Positions 1 to 8,429 are shown, numbered from the stretch's first letter. The stretch: 64,000 nucleotides of DNA from an uncultured Candidatus Saccharibacteria bacterium (GCA_964606285.1 CAZSFP010000001.1:133376-197375), one strand, 5' to 3'. Notes: generated by a model from the letters alone, not told the origin. Program-made: numbers and translations.

Positions 1-130
1 ACATTGCGTATATAATTTTTATTGAACAAACCCGTCTCTACCATAGAGGTACTGGTCGAAACCATGAAATACTGACAGGAGAAAATATTCCGATTAAAAT
101 AATACTGTTTTTTACAAAAAAGTCAAATAA

Positions 131-159
131 AAAAACTGCCGTTTAGTACGGCAGTTTTT
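131..159. terminator. Bidirectional intrinsic terminator
   Basis: AAAAACTGCCGT-ttagt-ACGGCAGTTTTT. Confidence 0.8.
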
Positions 160-175
160 GTTTAAACAATATAAC

Positions 176-1117
176 TTATGAACCAGCAGGAACCTCAGGT
201 TTATCTACCAGTAAATCTAACTCAGCAAGCTCAGTTATAATATCAAGTGCTTTCTTTGAGTGTTCCACCATATGAATATGATTCTTGGCCCAATCACGAA
301 ATTCAACAAGTTTTAACCTAATCTGAGACTCTGTATCAGTGTCTGTATAATCCCGATGATACAATTCAATGTAGTCATCAAAATTACCAGTGTTATCTGC
401 TTTTAATTTCTCAAAATCTTGCTTGGTCACAGATATTATTTTTTCAAAAAATAAATTACTAGGGTCAATCCCGGAATTCTTTTGAGAAATAAAATCTCTA
501 TAGAACCACAACATACCTTGCCATTCCATTTGATCACTGGGACCAACGGGCCTAGTATCAATATTGCGATACATTCCAAGTAAACCTTCATAATCAGCTG
601 TTTGCAACCATTTCGAAAAAAGATTATAGACGTGATCTTTGGTTCGTTCTGAAATTTCAGTTACTAGTTTATATCTGAAATCATTGTATTCCTGCCAGAT
701 ATTCAAAACATATCCCAAATAATGCATCGCTTCTTTTAAATTTCTCCTCTCAAGAATTTGAAGGGTCATAAAATTTAAAAATGCAGTATGATAAACATCT
801 TTATAATGTTCTCTTTGGTCTGCATTCTGCACCTCAGTCATGATTTTATGAAATCTTTTACCAAGTACTGCGGCAGGATTAGTATGGCATTCCAAAATAA
901 ATATTAACCATTTCATATGTTCTGCTTCAGTACGAAAAAGCAAATATTTTGTTTCTAATCGGTCTTTTTGTTTCTTTTTTGTTATTCCATAATAAATAAG
1001 ATATATAGATAAAAGAATAAAAAAGACAAGAAGACAAAGTAATGTGATTCTTTTATCATGAGATCTTTCCAATGCCAAATAAAGTTGTTCTATAACAACA
1101 GATGAAGGAGTGTCCAT
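176..1117 (-). CDS. Hypothetical protein with N-terminal transmembrane anchor (AT-rich ORFan)
   Basis: 313-aa ORF with one hydrophobic helix (ITLLCLLVFFILLSIYLIYY). TTGACT-type promoter upstream (~1165-1192) and terminator hairpin downstream. Confidence 0.7.
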   Translation of the reverse strand: MDTPSSVVIEQLYLALERSHDKRITLLCLLVFFILLSIYLIYYGITKKKQKDRLETKYLLFRTEAEHMKWLIFILECHTNPAAVLGKRFHKIMTEVQNADQREHYKDVYHTAFLNFMTLQILERRNLKEAMHYLGYVLNIWQEYNDFRYKLVTEISERTKDHVYNLFSKWLQTADYEGLLGMYRNIDTRPVGPSDQMEWQGMLWFYRDFISQKNSGIDPSNLFFEKIISVTKQDFEKLKADNTGNFDDYIELYHRDYTDTDTESQIRLKLVEFRDWAKNHIHMVEHSKKALDIITELAELDLLVDKPEVPAGS

Positions 1118-1242
1118 AGTCGAGTGTTTTTATGTAAATGTTCTAGTGAATTATTTGGTTCAAATAGTATAGTATTTTACAAAAAAGTCAATTTTACATA
1201 GAAACAAAAAAAATCACCTTTAAAAAGTGATTTTTATAATTA

Positions 1243-1932
1243 TTACAAAATTTGTAATTGACGAAATGTATCTTTATACAGATCAAGCCTGCGTTCATAG
1301 AAAATATTTACCCTATCAGTAATTTCAAATTCATTAACCAAATCAGAATGACCACCGGGAGCAGAATCCAGGACGATATGTCTTTCCAGATAATACTTGA
1401 AAGCAAGCAAATGTTCAGGAAGGTTCTTTTCTTTAAACAATTCTATTTTGTTTAACATATTGGAGAATATTTTGGGAAGTTCTTTTTCTCTTGAAAAAAT
1501 ACTCATTGTTCTGTCCCGATGATACATCGAATCTATTCTTTCTTGATATACACCAGCATGCAACACTACTCTTTTGGGAATATTCTTTACATAATCATCT
1601 TCACAGACATCTGTCGCATAATAAGCCTTTAGATGTCCAGCTTTTTTTAAAAAATAAAACAAAAATTGATAGTGATCTCCTTTTTGATTGTAATCTCCAA
1701 AAGTTAAGTTATCTGTTTCAAGTTCTTCTGCTGCCATTTGGATAAGGCGAGGATTATTATTGTGCAATACCAACGCAATACGAAGAGATTTTGCAAATTC
1801 AATAGCTGATACCAGTGAAATATACATAAGGGATGTGAGCTCTGATTCTGTTGTGAGTTTCCCCCACTCTATAGCAAGTAGTTTGTCGACTGTTTTTTGA
1901 TATTCCATCTTATTTTTTTTATAAATATGCAT
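1243..1932 (-). CDS. DUF3050-like heme-oxygenase-fold (diiron) protein
   Basis: EE..., H and YLERHIVLD..GGH motifs typical of HO-like iron-redox proteins. True start may be M at 1908. Confidence 0.55.
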   Translation of the reverse strand: MHIYKKNKMEYQKTVDKLLAIEWGKLTTESELTSLMYISLVSAIEFAKSLRIALVLHNNNPRLIQMAAEELETDNLTFGDYNQKGDHYQFLFYFLKKAGHLKAYYATDVCEDDYVKNIPKRVVLHAGVYQERIDSMYHRDRTMSIFSREKELPKIFSNMLNKIELFKEKNLPEHLLAFKYYLERHIVLDSAPGGHSDLVNEFEITDRVNIFYERRLDLYKDTFRQLQIL

Positions 1933-1978
1933 GTGTTTATTTCAGTAGATAATACAAAATTATACGGAAAAGTCAATA

Positions 1979-3676
1979 TTATACAAAGAGTCGTGCGAGA
2001 CGTATTTCATCAAAAGTCGCATGTGTTCCCTGCTTTTCCAAATACTGTTTGATAGGAGTTAATTTATCTTCTCCTGTCTTCTTTATCGCTTCCGCTATTT
2101 TCTTTACAAGCTTTTTGTCTACTTTTATTTTCTTTGTTGAGAATTTTATCTTTTCTTCTTGGAGTTGTTCGAGATGTGAAATGATCGTCCCTAGAGCAAA
2201 GCCGCGTTCATCGGCAACTTCTGCGAGCGTCATACCTTTGTCGAGTAATTCTTTGGTGATCAAATGCGTTTTTACTTTTGCTTCACCACTCTTCATTCCC
2301 TTCTTTTCTTTTATTTTTTTCTGATTTTTTATAATCTCTTTTTCAATGACTGTTCCACCTGATCGTACAATAAAATCCCGTTCGAGTTTTTCTCGTTCTG
2401 TTGTATTTCTTTTTCTGAGGATATCTTCCATATCTTCTGACTGAATTTGGAGGTCTTCATCAAACCGAAGAACATTTGGATCGATCTGAAGCGCGTCCGC
2501 ATGCATACCCATGATCGAAAGTCCTGCGAGTGACTTCACCCGAGAAAGCGCCACATAGCCCATACCATAGGTAAAAGACTTTGAGAGATCTATTACAGCA
2601 GCGTCCAGTGACATGCCCTGACTCTTGTGAATCGTGATCGCCCACGCATGACGAAGCGGGATCTGGGTCACAGACGCTTTCTTTTTTCCATTTTCTTCAA
2701 TAATCCATTCTGCGGTAACAACTTCGATTTTCGATCCATTTACTGTTTCTACAACAGGGGTATTATCTGAAAGAAATTCACGAACGACTCCACGAGTGCC
2801 GTTCGCATATCCGGCTTCAAAATTATTCTTGACGAACATAACCTGTGCACCAACCTTGAGCCGAAGTGTTTCGTGAGCCAAAACGCTTTTTCTGAGAGAT
2901 GTCACGAGTGTATCACGCCCCATCGACGTCATTTCAAAAACCTTTTCTTCTCCGGGAAGTTTCGCGAGCTCCTCATGGTTCATGATATCGACATCGACAT
3001 TGTGCGTATACAGCTTTGTCGGTTCAATAAAAAATTCAATTCGTTTTTTATATCTCAGCCGAAGTGGTGCCAAAACCGTTTCATTGATGACACCAGTTCT
3101 GATACCGTTCAAAACCTTGAGGAATGCATCATCCTCCTGGCGGTGCTGTTCTGTAAGATAACAGATCGCAAACCGGGCATTTTTCCAAGCACTTGATTGA
3201 TATGCATTCTGTGCCAAGTTTTCAAGCGTTCCATCACGATTGACGGGCGGCAATTGGAAAAAGTCTCCACAGACAACGATTTGCATACCCCCGAACGGTT
3301 TTTCTGTGCGTTTGAACGCACGACAAACACGATCGATCATATCAAATCGATGACCATGCATCATCGAGATCTCATCAATGATCAATACTTTTGTTTTTTC
3401 GAATCGATTCCACAAATATTCTCTTGCTTCCAATTCGTCAATATCTTGATCAGTAAGGTATTCACGAATACCAAGTCCACTCCATGAATGAATTGTCACC
3501 CCCTGCATATGCGTTGCGGCAATACCAGTCGTTGCGGTCACAGCCACGACAACATCACGAGCTTTGAGATAGTCGATGTATTGATTGAGCACATAGGTTT
3601 TGCCGCTGCCGGCACTACCAGTCAAAAAGACATTTGCCCCTGTTTTTAAGATATGCAATGCATCAGCCTGAGTCAT
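1979..3676 (-). CDS. PIF1-family SF1B DNA helicase with C-terminal HTH
   Basis: TGSAGSGKT, IIDEISM, GDFFQLPP, AITIHKSQG, YVALSR, and a C-terminal HTH (LAEVADERGFALGTIISHL). Start set at MTQADA. Confidence 0.92.
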   Translation of the reverse strand: MTQADALHILKTGANVFLTGSAGSGKTYVLNQYIDYLKARDVVVAVTATTGIAATHMQGVTIHSWSGLGIREYLTDQDIDELEAREYLWNRFEKTKVLIIDEISMMHGHRFDMIDRVCRAFKRTEKPFGGMQIVVCGDFFQLPPVNRDGTLENLAQNAYQSSAWKNARFAICYLTEQHRQEDDAFLKVLNGIRTGVINETVLAPLRLRYKKRIEFFIEPTKLYTHNVDVDIMNHEELAKLPGEEKVFEMTSMGRDTLVTSLRKSVLAHETLRLKVGAQVMFVKNNFEAGYANGTRGVVREFLSDNTPVVETVNGSKIEVVTAEWIIEENGKKKASVTQIPLRHAWAITIHKSQGMSLDAAVIDLSKSFTYGMGYVALSRVKSLAGLSIMGMHADALQIDPNVLRFDEDLQIQSEDMEDILRKRNTTEREKLERDFIVRSGGTVIEKEIIKNQKKIKEKKGMKSGEAKVKTHLITKELLDKGMTLAEVADERGFALGTIISHLEQLQEEKIKFSTKKIKVDKKLVKKIAEAIKKTGEDKLTPIKQYLEKQGTHATFDEIRLARLFV

Positions 3677-3720
3677 TATCAAACCAGTATAACAAATATG
3701 ATCACTGTTTAACATTCTTG

Positions 3721-3756
3721 ATTTTTAAATCTGCGCCATGGCTGAGATTTAAAAAT
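3721..3756. repeat. 36-bp palindrome, GCCATGG family (copy 1)
   Basis: ATTTTTAAATCTGCGCCA|TGGCTGAGATTTAAAAAT, 2 mismatches. Overlaps the stop codon of the Cas2-like gene. Confidence 0.85.
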
Positions 3757-4132
3757 TCGTATACGGTTTCGAAATTTTGAATGTTTTAAATTTGTCTCCT
3801 ATTTTTATTTCTTTCAGGTATTCTAAGAAATGTTTTGGAAGTGGTGATGGTCCAACCCAAACACTTTTTTGAATCATGACATATCCAAACTTTATCAAAT
3901 GTCGACGAAACCAATCGCGCTCCTTTTTCATCTCATGCGGGACGTCATACATGACAATAAGATTCTTTGGACTATCTTCTTTAAAAGGAGATGCGAACGC
4001 AGTACGATAGACGCCTTTCTTTTTAGAAGTACTTTTACTTGTTTCTTTTTTATAATCATCAAAAATTGGTATTCCAAATGCATTGACCCGTACCCCTTTA
4101 TAATAAAATGTTTTTCTCTTTGTTTGAGACAT
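3749..4132 (-). CDS. Stand-alone Cas2/PaaX-central-domain-like protein
   Basis: IVMYDVP...KKERDWFRRHLIKFGYVMIQKSVWV is the Cas2/VapD/PaaX ferredoxin-fold signature. No cas1 or array in the window. Confidence 0.8.
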   Translation of the reverse strand: MSQTKRKTFYYKGVRVNAFGIPIFDDYKKETSKSTSKKKGVYRTAFASPFKEDSPKNLIVMYDVPHEMKKERDWFRRHLIKFGYVMIQKSVWVGPSPLPKHFLEYLKEIKIGDKFKTFKISKPYTNF

Positions 4133-4153
4133 AATAAATCTATTATATATAAT

Positions 4154-4185
4154 TTCTAAATGTGCGCCATGGCGCACATTTAGAA
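4154..4185. repeat. 32-bp perfect palindrome, GCCATGG family (copy 2)
   Basis: TTCTAAATGTGCGCCA|TGGCGCACATTTAGAA, just upstream of the Cas2-like gene. Confidence 0.9.
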
Positions 4186-4205
4186 TAAGTACTATTTATC
4201 GAATT

Positions 4206-4457
4206 TTATCGAGATTCTTGGTCTAAGATTTTCTTTTTTATAGCAATGCCGCCACGATTGTACCCACCCATTTTGCCATCTGATCGGATCACGCGATGAC
4301 ATGGAATTTTGGGATCGTAATTTTTACTGAGAACTGTACCGACAGCACGTGCTGATTTTGGACTTCCGATCTTTTTTGCGACTTCACCATAGGTCATAGT
4401 CTTTCCTTTGGGAATTTTTCGAACAAGGTCATAGACTTTTTCACCAAAGGATTTCAT
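4206..4457 (-). CDS. MGMT-family (O6-alkylguanine alkyltransferase DNA-binding domain) protein
   Basis: IPKGKTMTYGEVA, ARAVG, IPCHRVI motifs. Confidence 0.92.
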   Translation of the reverse strand: MKSFGEKVYDLVRKIPKGKTMTYGEVAKKIGSPKSARAVGTVLSKNYDPKIPCHRVIRSDGKMGGYNRGGIAIKKKILDQESR

Positions 4458-4486
4458 TTGACTATTTTACTGTATTTTTGTAGTAT
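4458..4486 (+). promoter_or_regulatory. sigma70 promoter of the L1-stalk-containing ncRNA
   Basis: TTGACT (4458-4463), 17-nt spacer, TAGTAT (4481-4486). Predicted TSS ~4493-4494 coincides with the start of the closing helix. Confidence 0.8.
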
Positions 4487-4493
4487 CCTCAAC

Positions 4494-4744
4494 GGAAATC
4501 AAAGCAACAGAAAGCCAAGTGGTGGGGTTCAATGCGAAAGCAAGGAACAGGGGTTCGATCCCTCCTATTATGGGGTTGCGATAGAAATTTAAAGTGTAGA
4601 ATAGCTGGGAGACTATGAAACGGCATTACGGTGCTTAGTGGAGTCACACATGAAATACCAGTCTTTTTATTTCGAAACTATTTTAACCAAGAACGATTCT
4701 GTCGTTTAAGGGTCCTAAGTACGGTAAAACCTGCTTTGATTTCC
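4494..4744 (+). ncRNA. Structured ncRNA containing a 23S rRNA L1-stalk (H76-H78) module and a tRNA-like T-arm
   Basis: GGAAATCAAAGCA (4494-4506) pairs perfectly with TGCTTTGATTTCC (4732-4744). 4594-4663 follows the L1-stalk pattern GTGTAGRATAGSTGGGAG..TGAA..GGAG..TGAAATACCA. GGGG-TTCGATC-CCTC at 4550-4564. Own promoter and terminator; no long ORF. Confidence 0.8.
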
Positions 4745-4777
4745 ATCTTTTGATCTTTCATTATTGTATATACAAAC

Positions 4778-4807
4778 AAAAATCGCCTTTATTTCGAGGC
4801 GATTTTT
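4778..4807. terminator. Bidirectional intrinsic terminator
   Basis: AAAAATCGCCTT-tatttc-GAGGCGATTTTT between the ncRNA and the convergent ORF. Confidence 0.8.
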
Positions 4808-4818
4808 TATTGGAAAAA

Positions 4819-5232
4819 TTATTTCTTTTTTATTTTTGGTTTTTTATTCACTTTTCTTTTCTTGTAAATATGAAGAATTTGTTCTCCTGTTGCATAAAAC
4901 TTCAATGTACATTTCTTTGTCGTGCTATCAGAAAGTTTTTTGCTTTTTTCTTTATTGATCCATCCTTTCACAATCAAAACTTTTTTAAGCTTTTCATTAT
5001 TAAATACAGATGGAGGAAGTTGCCATATCTTTGCATCAATATTTTCTATCACCATTTCAAAATTAGTTTTTTCCTTACCTTTACTTTTTAATTCTATAAG
5101 AGGCAATGGAAAGCCATAATTGATAGAATGAGAAAAAATTTTAAGAATATTATATACTGAAGGGCCAGTGACAATAATTAATTTCATGGGAACAGATTTA
5201 AAGATTTTTCTTAAAAATACTCCTCTTGTCAT
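4819..5232 (-). CDS. Hypothetical Lys-rich protein
   Basis: 137-aa AT-rich ORF ending at a terminator. True start may be at 5187. Confidence 0.5.
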   Translation of the reverse strand: MTRGVFLRKIFKSVPMKLIIVTGPSVYNILKIFSHSINYGFPLPLIELKSKGKEKTNFEMVIENIDAKIWQLPPSVFNNEKLKKVLIVKGWINKEKSKKLSDSTTKKCTLKFYATGEQILHIYKKRKVNKKPKIKKK

Positions 5233-5289
5233 GAAAAGTCAACAAAAGAAAAACTCCTTCGCATGAAGGAGTTTTTCTATAAAGATTAC

Positions 5290-7179
5290 TTATTTTGTTT
5301 CTGCATCTCGAACATTTGGTTCTTCTCCTTCTTTTTTTGGTTCAGAACTTTCAGTTGGAGGGGTTTGGGATTGTTGATTCTTCATCATTGCTTCACCAAT
5401 TTTAGACATTTCAGACGAGAGTTCTTCTGTGGCTTTCTTTATCGCATCTGTATCAGTGCCATCTTTGACTGCTTTGAGTACATCGATCTTGCCTTGAACT
5501 TCAGTTTTCAAACTATCTTCAATTTTTCCTTCGGCATCCTTGAGAGATTTCTCGGCAGAATACATAATCATCTCTGCGGTATTTTTAACATCGACTGCTT
5601 CTTTTTTCTTTTTGTCTTCTTCTGCATATTTCTCGGCATCTTCCTGCATACGTTTGATATCTGCATCAGTGAGTCCTGAACCTGCTTCAATACGGATAGA
5701 TTGTGACTTACCACTCGTCTTTTCTTTTGCAGTAACATTAAGAATTCCGTTTGCATCAACGTCGAATGTAACTTCGACTTGCGGCATACCACGCGGTGCT
5801 GGTGGCACACCATCGAGAATAAATCGTCCAAGTGATTTGTTGTCAGATGCCATTTGGCGTTCACCTTGAGTGATATGAATCTCTACAGAGGTTTGATTGT
5901 CAGCCGCGGTTGAGAAGACTTGTGAACGAGATGTCGGGATAGTTGTGTTTCGTTCGACGAGCTTTGTCGCGACACCACCGAGTGTTTCGATACCAAGTGA
6001 AAGTGGGATCACGTCGAGGAGAAGGACATCTTTGACATCACCTTGAAGGACACCAGCCTGAACTGCTGCACCGAGTGCAACAACTTCATCAGGGTTGATT
6101 GTACGATTTGGTTCTTTGCCATTGAAAAGCTTCTTTACTGCTTCAACGATTGCTGGCATACGAGTTTGACCACCAACCATGATGATTTCATGGATTTCAT
6201 TCATTTTGAATGGCGATGCTTCGAGTGCACGCTTTGTGATTTCGATGGATCGTTCGATATATTCAGATGCGATTTCTTCGAGTTTTGCACGCGTCATCTT
6301 GATGAGCAAGTGTTGTGGGCCATCTGCACCAGATGTGATGAATGGTATATTGATTTCTGTTTCAGGAACAGTTGAGAGTTCAATTTTTGCTTTTTCAGCT
6401 GCTTCATCGAGACGCTGGAGCGCGAGTGGATCTTTTGTAATATCGACACCGGATTGCTTTTTGAATTCAGATGCAAGCCAGTTGATGATTTTCTGATCAA
6501 TATCGCGTCCGCCCATATGTGAATCACCATCGGTTGATTTCACTTCGATGACATCACCGGAGACCTCGAGAACTGACACATCAAATGTTCCACCTCCAAA
6601 GTCATACACCACTATTTTCTCATCTTTCTTTGTATTGAATCCATATGCAAGTGCGGCTGCTGTTGGTTCGTTGATGATACGTTTGACATCAAGTCCGGCG
6701 ATTGCACCAGCATCCTTTGTTGCTTTACGTTGTGCGTCGTTGAAATATGCTGGAACGGTAATAATTGCTTCAGTAATTTTCTCTCCAAGTTTTGCTTCAA
6801 CATCAGCTTTAATCTTTGCAAGAATCATCGCAGAAATTTCTTCCGGACGATTAAATTTGTCACCGATCTTTACTTCAACACCACCATCAGCGCCTTTTTG
6901 CATTTGAAACGGCGCGGTTGTTTGTGTTTTCTGAATTTCAGCATCTTCAAACCGGTGGCCCATGAAGCGTTTGATACCATAGATCGTGTTTTGTGGATTC
7001 GTGACTGCTTGACGTTTCGCAAGAAGACCAACGAGACGATCGCCATTTTTTGCGACAGCAACGATAGACGGTGTCGTACGGTTTCCTTCGATATTTTCAA
7101 TAATTTTCGGCTGCCCTCCTTCGATAATCGCGACAGCACTGTTTGTTGTACCCAAATCAATTCCAATTATTTTACTCAT
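5290..7179 (-). CDS. dnaK: Chaperone DnaK
   Basis: [44 protein letters not shown]. Confidence 0.99.
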   Translation of the reverse strand: MSKIIGIDLGTTNSAVAIIEGGQPKIIENIEGNRTTPSIVAVAKNGDRLVGLLAKRQAVTNPQNTIYGIKRFMGHRFEDAEIQKTQTTAPFQMQKGADGGVEVKIGDKFNRPEEISAMILAKIKADVEAKLGEKITEAIITVPAYFNDAQRKATKDAGAIAGLDVKRIINEPTAAALAYGFNTKKDEKIVVYDFGGGTFDVSVLEVSGDVIEVKSTDGDSHMGGRDIDQKIINWLASEFKKQSGVDITKDPLALQRLDEAAEKAKIELSTVPETEINIPFITSGADGPQHLLIKMTRAKLEEIASEYIERSIEITKRALEASPFKMNEIHEIIMVGGQTRMPAIVEAVKKLFNGKEPNRTINPDEVVALGAAVQAGVLQGDVKDVLLLDVIPLSLGIETLGGVATKLVERNTTIPTSRSQVFSTAADNQTSVEIHITQGERQMASDNKSLGRFILDGVPPAPRGMPQVEVTFDVDANGILNVTAKEKTSGKSQSIRIEAGSGLTDADIKRMQEDAEKYAEEDKKKKEAVDVKNTAEMIMYSAEKSLKDAEGKIEDSLKTEVQGKIDVLKAVKDGTDTDAIKKATEELSSEMSKIGEAMMKNQQSQTPPTESSEPKKEGEEPNVRDAETK

Positions 7180-7219
7180 ATTTTAAATAATTAATTAATA
7201 ATTTAATTTCAATAATTTG

Positions 7220-7299
7220 ATTATATATAAATGTTTTATTTTATGCAAGTTTTTCGTGGTCGCGAAATACTTGTCTAATTTAAATATACTTGATACTAT
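7220..7299. promoter_or_regulatory. Back-to-back promoters of dnaK and the PaaX-like gene, with an intervening palindrome
   Basis: Minus strand: TTGCAT-17-TATAAT (7248..7220). Plus strand: TTGTCT-17-TACTAT (7271..7299). Palindrome CAAGT-t-TTTCGTG-gt-CGCGAAA-t-ACTTG at 7246-7273. Confidence 0.65.
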
Positions 7300-7305
7300 A
7301 TAGAT

Positions 7306-7869
7306 ATGTCAAGAAAACCTGACTATTCAAAGAAAATAATTCGAATTTTAGGCCAAAAAACGGCTATTTCCCTACCTGAATTGACGGAACGTATAATGCC
7401 TCTAGATGGCTCAAAAATCGCTGTACCCTACTCCGCCAAGGCTTCGCAGGGCAAGTATGCTCTTGCGCGCTCTCTCAAAGGGCTTCGGGAAGCTGGGTTG
7501 GTGGAACATATTTCCTCCGGGCAAAATGAATATGCCCGCCTAACAAAGGACGGTCGCAAAAAAATGTATAGTCTCAAACTCGATAATGAAAATACCCTCG
7601 TTCCAACAACATGGGATGGTTTTTGGCGAATGATTATTCTCGATCTTCCAGAAGAAAGAAAGAATGAACGCGAATCACTCCGGTATCTCCTCAAAAAAGC
7701 TGGGTTCATTTGTTTAAAAAATTCCATCTGGATTTCCCCTCACCCATTTGAACATCTATTCATCAATATTAAAAAAGATCTTGGTCTCACGACAGAGCTC
7801 ATGATTCTCGTCACGGATAAACTTGATCCAGAAACTGAACAGGAATTTCTTAAAGTTTTTGGAAAATAA
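7306..7869 (+). CDS. PaaX-like transcriptional regulator (wHTH + Cas2-like domain)
   Basis: wHTH (SLKGLREAGLVE...ARLTKDG) followed by WDGFWRMIILDLPEERKNERESLRYLLKKAGF..LKNSIWISP. Confidence 0.85.
   Translation: MSRKPDYSKKIIRILGQKTAISLPELTERIMPLDGSKIAVPYSAKASQGKYALARSLKGLREAGLVEHISSGQNEYARLTKDGRKKMYSLKLDNENTLVPTTWDGFWRMIILDLPEERKNERESLRYLLKKAGFICLKNSIWISPHPFEHLFINIKKDLGLTTELMILVTDKLDPETEQEFLKVFGK
7426..7455. repeat. REP-like hairpin inserted in frame
   Basis: CCCTACTCCGCCAAGGCTTCGCAGGGCAAG, a GC-rich hairpin encoding PYSAKASQGK within the wHTH. Confidence 0.6.
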
Positions 7870-7901
7870 AAAAATCCGGTTTATCACCGGATTTTTATGT
7901 A

Positions 7902-8096
7902 TCAATAATAATTTCTACTTCTTTTCACAGGATCCGGTAATTCAGCAAAAGGATTTTTGCCAGTTGTAAAAAAGACAAAAGCAGTTGCAATAAGCATAAT
8001 GGAACCAACTGTTCCTAAAAAGGAAACTCCGATAATAAATAATATTGCGTATTTAATAACATTTCTAAAAATAGAGGGAATTGTATTATTTTTCAT
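7902..8096 (-). CDS. Small membrane protein
   Basis: 64 aa with a long hydrophobic segment; flanked by hairpins. Confidence 0.5.
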   Translation of the reverse strand: MKNNTIPSIFRNVIKYAILFIIGVSFLGTVGSIMLIATAFVFFTTGKNPFAELPDPVKRSRNYY

Positions 8097-8162
8097 TATA
8101 AATAACGATTTTTGTTTAAAAATACTATATCACAAAATACCATAAATACAAGGGCAATAAAT

Positions 8163-8363
8163 AAAAAAAGTGCACCCGGGTTACTTGTTTTTAGTGGATG
8201 CACTTTTATACGGAGCATCAAGGATTTGTAAATAGAAACTGCAGTGTTTCCCTGATCTCTCAAAGTGAGGAATGCAACCAAGTAAATTGACAAAATCGAT
8301 ACATATCTGGCATCATCGATCTGTCCTTGGCTCTTTGTTTTATTGTTGTCTAAAGATCCGTAC
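8163..8363 (-). ncRNA. Candidate structured sRNA (6S-like rod with bubble)
   Basis: Extended -10 TGaTACAAT (8378-8370). 5' UACGGA pairs with 3' UCCGUA. Long internal hairpin CCAAG/CUUGG plus GACAGAUCGAU/AUCGAUUUUGUC. Terminator at 8163-8207. Confidence 0.4.
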
Positions 8364-8429
8364 TTGTTCATTGTATCACACAACACTACTCTCTATGCAG
8401 AAATATACAAAAAGTGATAGAATATCATC

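Noticed and set aside
3721-4185. CRISPR array next to the Cas2-like gene
   Set aside because: Only two non-identical palindromes separated by a whole gene; no spacer periodicity and no cas1.
4707-4719. TAAGGGTCCTAAG resembling the 23S H69-H71 junction
   Set aside because: Too short, and it lacks the H69 partner strand; may be chance.
4494-4744. Genuine rRNA gene, RNase P RNA, tmRNA or tRNA
   Set aside because: Only ~70-90 nt resemble 23S. No clear GAGGAAAGUCC/P2-P3 layout of RNase P, no acceptor stem with CCA, and no anticodon arm. A highly divergent family member is not excluded without cmscan.
4750-5119. Plus-strand ORFs after the ncRNA
   Set aside because: Phe-rich antisense shadows that run through a terminator.
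8096-8386. 96-aa ORF
   Set aside because: Starts upstream of the predicted -10 and reads through a terminator; no recognisable motifs.
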